Below, piece after piece: positions 52,525 through 61,457 of a stretch of DNA of 61,457 bases. The notes under the pieces are model-generated. The model was not told the origin of the DNA. It ran no database searches and was given only the letters and a program-made list of their open reading frames with translations. The stretch is taken from positions 7,765,843 through 7,827,299 of the forward strand of contig NC_068990.1 of NCBI RefSeq assembly GCF_001194135.2. Direction: 5' to 3'. The DNA is from Octopus bimaculoides (Eukaryota). Position 1 is the first letter of the stretch, and each line of letters begins with the position of its first letter. The position numbers were made by a program, and so were the translations under genes.

Positions 52525-52764
52525 TGTATGTATGTATATATATGAATGTGTGTACATCATACACATACATATATGTGTGTGTATATATGTATATATATAT
52601 ATACACATATATGTATGTGTGTGTGTATGAATGTGTGCACATGTTTGCATATGTATATGTGTGCGAGGCCCATCTTGTACAAAACTGCTTCTCTCTGTGT
52701 AAATATGTATAGGCATGAGGATTATTTTGCTGCTGTATTTGCACGTGCCTATTTGTTTCTATGT

Positions 52765-52808
<44 letters not shown>

Positions 52809-52883
52809 ACACACACATAAACACACACAATCACACAGATACACACACACATACATTGTCCTATGAAATCATTATTGAAATAA

Positions 52884-52998
52884 TTTCATTCTTTCGGGAT
52901 CGATAAATTAAGGACCAGTTGCGTACTTAGGTCGATCTAATCGACTGCCCCCCCCCTCTCCAAAAATTTCGAGCCTTGTGCCGAGTGTAGAAAAGAAT
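52884..52998 (+). mobile_element. SINE family B, 3' half
   Basis: TTTCATTCTTTCGGGATCGATAAATTAAGGACCAGTTGCGTACTTAGGTCGATCTAATCGACTG..CCTTGTGCCGAGTGTAGAAAAGAAT. Confidence 0.85.
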
Positions 52999-53574
52999 GA
53001 TATATGATATTACGGAGAGGAAGAGACACAGAGACATTATTACTAACCTATATGTCTCGATTGACTCTTTACAATTTAGTAGACTTATATTAACAATTAA
53101 AATAAACATGCATTGTCTAAATTCATTTAATGTTTTTTGCTTATTCTATTGTTGTATTTACTTCATTCTTACACATTGACAACTTATAGTCATGCACTTT
53201 AATGTCAGTAGCCAATTCATAACGAATATGAGATGGGCAGAGAAGATTCTAAGCCTTGTAGAGACAAAAAATCACATGAAAATTAAGCTTGCTTGGTATA
53301 GGTGTGTGATAGGCTTTTGTCCCGTTTTCTTTTGTTTTCAGGCTCTTTTTTTAATTTTTATTTGTGATGTGAAGTTACATTTGTTCTGCAAAAATATATG
53401 GAATATTTTGACTCTATAGCCACGTTGAATAGACAAATATATTTCGCAGACTTGTCAAGTAGCTATAATTTTGAAGATACGGAAAAGAATTCCAGTTACC
53501 TTCTGGCTTCTATATATTAACACTTTTTAGACAATAATAGTTCACTTAAGTACATATCCAAACTTCTAAATGAT

Positions 53575-53950
53575 TCCCAGACCAGGCTGTATGTTGTGTT
53601 CTTGAGAAAAACACTTTACTTCATGTTACTCCAGTTCACTCAGCTGTAGAAATGAGTTGCAACATCACTGGTGCCAGACAGTACAGGCCTTTGCTTTTTC
53701 CTTGGATAACACACACACCGCTTTCCCCACTGAACATTATATTGCAAAACAGCATGTGAACTATGATGATTATTTTCCCCACATGTATGAAATAAAAATA
53801 GCTTTATTCTCATTTGATTCTCATCTAATCTTGTAAGTAAGAAAAAGATAGCACAGTTAACATTCTAGTTCTCGTTCGTCAAATAACATTAGTTGTCAAC
53901 GGCGGTGCCCCAGCATGGCCACAGTCAAATGACTGAAACAAGTAAAATAA
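53575..53950 (+). mobile_element. SINE family D fragment (53575-53715) and family A 3' tip (53895-53950)
   Basis: TTCTTGAGAAAAACACTTTAC..CCAGTTCACTCAGCTGTAGAAATGAGTTGC, and GGCGGTGCCCCAGCATGGCCACAGTCAAATGACTGAAACAAGTAAAA. Confidence 0.75.
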
Positions 53951-54114
53951 AATATCTTCAAGTTGCTAGAGCAATATTGTGGTTACATGTGTACAGAGAG
54001 AAATACAAAAGTACACGTACGGAAGTAAACGTGTTCGTCGGCTAAATCGTTACATTTCATTAGCCACTCTATGTCAAGTCTAGTTTCACTATCATTTAGT
54101 AAAATCCTTAATGC

Positions 54115-54530
54115 TGATAGAATCGTTAGCAAAGTGGCATTTTGTCCGTCTTTGCATTCTGGAATCAAATTCTGTCAAGGTCGATTTTGCCTTACATCAT
54201 TTCAGGGTCGATAAAAATAAGAACCATTGAAGTACTGGGGTTGATGTAGTCAACTAGCTCCCTCGCCTAAACACTGTTGGCCCTGTGTCAAAATTTGAAA
54301 ACATTATATAGTAATGTCTCCATTAGAGGAGGTCATCAGCATTTAAGGCAGCGAAATGTTAGGATCGTTAGGAAGTTGAATAAAATGTTTAACGATATCA
54401 TTTTCGGCTTGGTACGTTCTGGGTTCAAATACTGCCGAGGTCAGCTTTCTTTTTCATTCTTTATGAAGCGATAAAATAAAGCACCAGTCAGATATGGGGT
54501 CAATGCTGGCCTTGTGCTAAAATTTGAAAC
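54115..54530 (+). mobile_element. Two tandem co-oriented SINE family B copies
   Basis: 54115-54300 and 54340-54530 both end in CC.TGTG.(C/T)AAAATTTGAAA. Confidence 0.8.
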
Positions 54531-54572
54531 AATTATTGGATTATTAGTTTTTGTGTATCACCTTTATTTTAT

Positions 54573-54790
54573 GTGGAGCGCATGGCTTAATACTTAGGAT
54601 GTTGGACTCATGATCGTAAGATTATGATTTCAATTCCTGGACCGAACGATGCGTTTTATTCTTGAGCAAAACACTTCATTTCCCGTTGCTCCGGTCCACT
54701 CGGCTGGTAAGCTTTAGCAATCCTACAACGGACTGACATCCCGTTCAAAGAAGACTACATACGTAAGAGAAACCAAGAAACTGGTCCTAA
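54573..54790 (+). mobile_element. tRNA-derived SINE family E
   Basis: Head GTGGAGCGCATGGCTTAA..GATTTCAATTCCTGGACCG, TTCTTGAGCAAAACACTTCATTTC, TCCTACAACGGACTGACATCCCGT. Confidence 0.7.
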
Positions 54791-55030
54791 ACTTCTTAAA
54801 GAGTATTGTGGACGAACCAACCTTTAATATATAAATGAATCACTAATCACTAAATGCGGCAGTAATAGCCAATGTGGAGAATTCTAGGGCAATCAGATTT
54901 TTGTTTAACTCCTACGCAGTTACATAGCAGCGCATTTTCAGAACTTAACAGAAATGAAGGGAGACAAACTGATGTCTACTAAGCAGGACCAGTTAATAAA
55001 GAAAAGCGACTTAGATCCGTTAGTTCATCG

Positions 55031-55478
55031 TTTATTGTTCATTGTTTACTTATTTCAGTCATTGAACTTCGGTTATGATAGGACACTGCTTTGAAATATT
55101 TTAGTCGAATATGTCGGCCGCAGTACTTACTTTCTTTGCGCTTTGTATTTACTGTATCGGTAACTTTTCCGAACCGCTTAGTTACAGGGACGTAGAGAGA
55201 CCAACACTGGTTGTCAAGCGGCATGGGAGACAAACACAGACACAAAGACACAAACATAGAAATACACATATTTACATACATTCACACAGACACACCCACA
55301 CACATACAAACACACACATACACACACATATTTACGACGGGCTTCTTTCAGTTTCCGTCCGGCAAATCCACTCGGTCCAAGACTATAGTAGGACACTTGT
55401 CCAAGGTACCTGGCAGTGGAACTCAATGCAGAACCATGTGGGTAGAAAGCAAATTTCTTACCACACAACCACTTCTGA
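55031..55478 (-). mobile_element. Full-length SINE family A with short internal microsatellite
   Basis: Head at 55335-55478, a CA-rich tract at ~55225-55332 and the 3' body at 55031-55225. Same architecture as 34125-34922. Confidence 0.85.
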
Positions 55479-56970
55479 ATACGTCAACAGATACTATAGT
55501 GTCATATTCCTGTTATATAAAATGTCTATCGTTGTGTGATTGTTGAAAATACTTGTGCTGAGTTTTTACACTGACCACTGAATTCCATATGAAAACACTA
55601 TCCTTTTCCACTATAAAATACTCTCAAATCAATTCACCATATATGAGGCATATGATGAAAAACTGTCTGATTCTCACTGAAATATTTAAGCTGCTTTTAA
55701 TTAAAGTAAATTTGTTATTATAAAAGATATTTGTCGCATTTGTTTTCTTACTTTCCGTATTTTTCTGTTATTCTTGAGCATCTATCTTCACACTCATTAT
55801 TATAAAATAAGGTGAATAAGTTAGCATTTATCATAAATATAGCAATAAAATCAAACATATTTGACATTTCGTTCTTCAGAATTATCTCCAGTGGTTCTAT
55901 CTGAATTCTTTGATTTGTTTTGTTTTATCTAATTGATTTTATTTTGAATTTTATTCGCTGGGGATGAGTAAATTTTGTTCTTATATCGTTAAATAATAAT
56001 TAAATTAATAATTAAATGAAAACAACAAATATATCAGCAGAAGTCTATATTAAATTTAAGATGTCAACTTTTTGATGACTTGCATTTTTCATTAAAATCT
56101 AATTAGAAATCCATCTCGAAACTGCTATAATTTTCGTTTGTCCACTTCATAACCTATTATTCACAAAGTGACTTGTCATATTTTAGTTTTGTTTTGGTAT
56201 CTCTTTTTTTTTTTTGTTTCAATGCAAGAGTAAATTTAGAATCACATAAAGAGTGAAGGACGCATCTATATTTCTGGAGAAAGTGACTGCAACAAAAATG
56301 TGTTAACAACATTTACACCGTGCAATAAATCTGCTTTCAAAATGACGGTAACAAGAATAATAGAGAAAAAAAATGGCGTCGGATATAATTTGTAAATTAA
56401 TAATAAGGAAATCAGGAAGTGTCTTGAGAAAAAATATAATGAAAATTATGGCAGCAATATCAACCACGAAGAAAACATCTGCAGGGACAGCTAAATGTGC
56501 AACGAATAGAATGAGGGTGATGACCAAATTTAATCCACAACGCATTAAGACACACACTCACACGGCATATTATAGACGGCGTAATCGTTTGCCACCACTA
56601 TATCATGCGAAGACCTCTTTCTGTCTCACAGTTATGACAATGTTCTAATTTCGCAGAACATATTGTCTTCAGGATCTACTCATCTAAATGCACTCAATAA
56701 CCTTCTGTTGTTACAGGGTCTCGCATTCAAGATTAAGCGTTTTATTCAAGACTGCAGCATAAAGGTTGCAAAACTGGAAAAAAAAATATACACATACATG
56801 CTAAAAATGCTGAAAATCTTTTAAAGACCACATTGTATTGTCTTAAAAAGTGGAATGCCAAGCGGCACAATGTACTCCTGAAAAAGAATTATGCCTGAAA
56901 TGGAAAATAGCATTGATATATCTGGAACATATCTAATCAGAATAGAAATAGATTACAACAACAGGGCACA

Positions 56971-57179
56971 CATGTCATATCTGTTGTTGATGACTTTTTT
57001 GACCAACAGGGAGAAAAGGTCTTCAGCAATAAGATCCACGTAATGCAACACCGATGGAAGAAGTATGTGGATTGAAGTGGAGGCGGGGAGAGGGGGCGGC
57101 TAAGTTGAAACATAAACTTCATTTGGTCACATTCCATGAGAGTGTCTGATTCAACTTGTGAATTCTCAGACGACGCTCG
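56971..57179 (+). pseudogene. Mariner transposase C-terminal remnant with right TIR
   Basis: Reads HVISVVDDFFDQQGEKVFSNKIHVMQHRWKKYVD*, matching the mariner end (FF..Q...F...I..L..RW.KCV). It is followed by a TIR-like GAATTCTCAGACGACGCTCG resembling the MITE TIR at 17508-17527. Confidence 0.75.
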
Positions 57180-57217
57180 TGCATACATACACCTAAAAGT
57201 CTGTGCACGCGCGCGTT

Positions 57218-57261
<44 letters not shown>

Positions 57262-57639
57262 TGTGTAGCGAAATTAATGAAGAACAGGAGTTGTGTGATC
57301 ACTTTCATAGACTTACGCCTGTTGTTTTCCGCAAGGAAGCGTGCATCCAGAGCTTTCATGCAAATCATAACTTCACCGGAGCTATATAAATGATGCGGGT
57401 GTGTGTTTTTGAATGATTTCCATAATAAGGGTGCCTCTTGAAATGGCTCCCAGCAAACTGTCAAACGCTGCATGAGCACTCAGCCTTGATTGCACACTTA
57501 TTTATGGAAGACACAGCCGTACTTTTATTAAAGTGATTACGTAAGACCAGTTCTTATGTCATTCATAAATTCGAATCTGATTGTTCACTGTAAAGAATGA
57601 ACATACTGATTTCTCGAACTAAAGGTACACATATGCAAA

Positions 57640-57716
<77 letters not shown>

Positions 57717-58388
57717 GCACATCCGAATATTTAATATGTTGCGTGGTAGGATGGAACACAGTTCCAAGCGTTGGCAAATCGAATTTCTTCACGACCTGAC
57801 CACGTTTCAGCCGGCTTTTGTGTAAAGAGAGTAAAAGAAAGTAATTCTGATAAGTCTAATAACTTGTCTTGTCTGAAGATGTGTAAACAAATGAAATAGT
57901 ATCCATGTGTGAAAACTGCAAAAAAAAAAAAAATGAGAAAATGAAGAAGGAAAACGAAAAAGAAAATGAAATGAAGGCCTATATACACTTACATTAAACG
58001 TTTGCGTATTACTGTGCTGCCTACACTGGTGCATATATGTGCATCTATGTACAGATGTATATGTATACACACAGTCACTCCATCTCTCAAACACATGTAC
58101 GATGAGTATGTATATATATATATATATATATAATATACATATATTTATATATAATACAACTACATGTGTGAGTGTATTCTTCATATACATGCATACATAC
58201 ATACATACATACATGCATACATACACACACTCACACTCACATCTATGTACATATATATACGTATATCTATCTATCTATAAATATATATATATATATATTT
58301 ATAGATAGATAGATATACGGATATATATGTACACACACACATACATACATGCACACACACACACACACGCACATATATTTATATATAC

Positions 58389-58484
<96 letters not shown>

Positions 58485-59646
58485 TACGTTTGAGGAGAGA
58501 CAGCGGCAGAGGGAGTAAGAATGGGCTGGCGAGACGAAGTTGCTCAGATTGAAAAGTGGAATAGTTAGACGTCTCTTCATATGTTTGTGTCTATAAACTC
58601 TGTATCCGGTCCACATACATAAATGCAAACATGTACATATACGCACGCACGGGCGTGTACGCGCATACGGACACATATAGATACACATGCGCACATGCAC
58701 ACATATCCATGCACACACACATGCATGAATCCGTGAGTTTCACTCTGCGTGTGTGTGCGTGTGTGTGTGTGAGTGAGCGTGTGTATGTGTGTGAGCGTGT
58801 GTATGTGCGTGTTGTGAGAAAGAAACAGAATGTTAAGAAATAAATAGCACAGAAAGCTAGAGACATACAACTATATTTATGTAAATAATATTTTATTTAT
58901 AAGCTACACACAAAAACACACACTTATAAAAAAGAATGCGAATATATTCGTTTAAAAGTAAGCATACTCTTTTGCATCCATATATACAATTGTGCGTTTC
59001 TTTATAGCTTTTTATCAGTAGCCTATCCTCTTTCTCTGTTTTTTTTTCTCTTTTTACTCAGCCATCTTTGTGTTCATGCATATGCATAGATTTGACTCTC
59101 TATAAAGAATCTTTAATTATTTCTCTGTAAGTGTATGGAAACAATGTATCTTAGAGGCATTGAGTGAAGTTTTATACAGAAACGTTAATATATCTGTCTT
59201 GGTAGTGTAATAATCCACGCCACGAATACTCGACTCCAATATATGATACATATTTTAGTTCTACGCTGATCTCTTATGGTTGGTTGAGGTTATTAAACAA
59301 AATATTGCTATAGCAACTGCACAATAACTAGTGAGAGACAGTCTATATTGTCACACAAACTACATAAGCAAACTAACTGAGTATTACTTATTGTAAGGCG
59401 GCAATGTTCATCAATTCTGCAATATAAAACAATTTGATTACGATGTACAGCAACTGAAGAAAGGCATATTGTGATCACCCGAACTAAACCGTGATTCATG
59501 ATCTCATAAAGAGCATACTATTCTTATAGTAATACTAGGCATGAGAACGAGTGCATATGTGTTTGTGTGTTTCTGTATGTGTATAAATATATGTTCACAA
59601 ACACAAACATATAATTCACACACATGCGCGCACACGCACACACACA

Positions 59647-59682
<36 letters not shown>

Positions 59683-60351
59683 GGCAGAATCATATCCATG
59701 TGCCTCCCCATACCAAAAACATGGTTTGGGGCTTAATTCCGATGCATCGTGTCTTGTAGGCCAGGTAGGCCTTTGAAGTTTAAGTAGCATTTGGCTGACA
59801 ATTGACGGATGCTACATATTGTAAGATCGATCTTGTAAGAGCCTGAATATAGGTCGATGATCCCACACATAAATAGCAGTCAATGTGGTCCTGAGGGTAG
59901 GGGCTGTCTATGATTTGACGAGGATTTGGTGGCCATAATTCTTCATGCGTTTAAAGACCATCACCTCGCTTATTTAGGTCAACGATTCGAATGTTATCTT
60001 ATATATACAACCCGATGATGGGATTTGCTTGTCGATTGGCCTGTTCACCGTCAATTATAATAGTTCTATTTCTTTTATTCTTTTCTTTCTTTTCTTAAAG
60101 ATTTCTCTAGAGCCATCTTCTCTTCATTTTCCATTTCTTTTCAGTTCCGTGAAGAATAGGTTTACTTCTTAGTTTCCCGGAAAGAATAAGCGGTGATGAG
60201 TAAACCCCTTTTTATTAATAAACGCTACGCTGTAAAGAATCCCCGATTATTTGAATAAGTTTATTTTATAAAATTTAGTTTTAAATTGCACAAAAATAGC
60301 CCTCCTCGACATTCAGTTGTTCACGTACACTCCATTGTTTGTTAACATTCA

Positions 60352-60575
60352 GTGAGGAAAACGTATCAACGGCAACTGAGTCGATGTGAGATTGTCGCTC
60401 TGAAAAATAAGCAGGACAAAGCACCAAAGACCTGGCTTCAGGGGTTGCTATTGATCTAAAAATAGTCTATAATGTCATAAAATGCTACAGTGAGACAGGT
60501 TCAATCGACAGCAAAACCATACCTAATCAAAAACGATCTGTAAAGACGAAACAATTGGCAGATATACAAGGCGGT
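60352..60575 (+). pseudogene. Tc1-like transposase N-terminal HTH remnant
   Basis: RCEIVALKN / frameshift / AGQSTKDLASGVAIDLKIVYNVIKCYSETGSIDSKTIPNQKRSVKT, matching the Tc1 paired-like HTH (TVYNVIKRY.ETGS...R.G..R..T). Confidence 0.65.
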
Positions 60576-61123
60576 TTTCTTTCTATCCTATAATCTAAAG
60601 AATTAAACTGATAATACCTAGCCTGTTTAGTTGTGTTTAAAATTGATTAAAGCAATAATTTTCTTCAGAAATAAAATTTTAATAAAAGCTAATAATATTG
60701 CATGTTACTGTGATTGGAGATGTAAAAACTGCTTACCAGGATTTCAAGCTTAAATAGAATTATATGATATTGATTATATGAATCGATGAAGATTCGTCTA
60801 CGAATTGACAGTCCCCAAAATAAGTCAGTGAACACTGATACCAAAATATATATAGATAAGGATGTATAACCTCTCAGCACTAATCAAGTGTATTCATACA
60901 AATAGAAAGACATTAGATCCAAGTATCAATACTGAAGTCAATATACACGCAGAGAAAGGCGGTGCTTATTAAATCACGTATACGTTCATGTCTGGTTCTG
61001 TTATAGGAAAGGTGAACCATGTAACAAGAAAAAATACCATTATATAAAATAAAATTATTTCTTTTTAATCTTTGATGAGTTTTAGTATAGGAGATCCTCT
61101 ACATGTTCTCTGGAACATATAAC

Positions 61124-61211
<88 letters not shown>

Positions 61212-61457
61212 TTATGTTTGACTTTTGTTTTGCATTTGTACCAGTTGAATCCAAGTCTCACCCAGAGACCTCAAGAGACAACAAGTTAGAAGTTCATGTA
61301 GGTGTTATGCCTACGGTACCATATATTTGGATTTGTACAGTTTTGTTCAAGTGAATGTTTAAGAAACCATAAGAAAATTATGTGTTTGCTTTAAAATTTG
61401 AGATCACATAGACAGTATTTTACGTAGGATATGGGCAGTTCCCATGAGCACTATCTT
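61124..61457 (-). mobile_element. RLE-type (R4/Dong-like) LINE 3' end with (TAA)n tail, running off the window end
   Basis: Minus strand KIVLMGTAHILRKILSM* (stop 61404-61406), a ~190-bp 3' UTR, and a pure (TAA)n tract at 61124-61210. Confidence 0.8.

Larger units (their letters stand above)
1..61457. other. Draft-assembly gaps (~18 N-runs), mostly bordered by microsatellites
   Basis: Examples: 4725-5357, 8701-9233, 15678-16446, 20072-20564, 39187-40078. Flanks are usually (TA)n, (CA)n or (TATC)n. Confidence 0.95.

Noticed and set aside
217-55478. SINE tRNA-like heads as genuine tRNA genes
   Set aside because: They lack complete cloverleafs and acceptor stems, and continue into repeat bodies.
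56937-57479. 180-aa minus-strand ORF
   Set aside because: It spans a (TG)n tract and the antisense of a mariner remnant, so it is not a coherent gene.
270-59790. Many ORFs rich in HT, IY, CV, YI, poly-I, poly-L, poly-S, poly-N or poly-Y
   Set aside because: They are translations of (CA)n, (TA)n, (TATG)n and trinucleotide microsatellites, with no domain-like content.

Overview
AT-rich eukaryotic (metazoan) non-coding DNA from a gapped draft assembly, with about 18 N-runs, most bordered by microsatellites. The repeat families and extreme CA/TA/TATG/AAT microsatellite load look like an octopus genome; this is from recognition of the repeats, not a search. I found no intact protein-coding gene or supportable host exon. 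Most ORF-track entries are translations of microsatellites, gaps or repeats. The only clearly functional gene is a tRNA-Gly(GCC) on the minus strand (29625-29695). The rest is a layered transposon landscape. It includes several tRNA-headed SINE families (my working labels A-F), remnants of RLE-type (R4/Dong-like), RTE and Tx1/L1-like LINEs, Tc1/mariner and hAT MITEs, a composite Helitron with a helicase C-terminal relic, and a ~125-bp inverted-repeat element. The most interesting item is a Penelope-type minimal hammerhead ribozyme (35122-35167, minus) within an inverted-repeat/(AAT)n structure that may have a tRNA-like head. Repeat boundaries are read by eye and are approximate unless a TSD or TIR is quoted.
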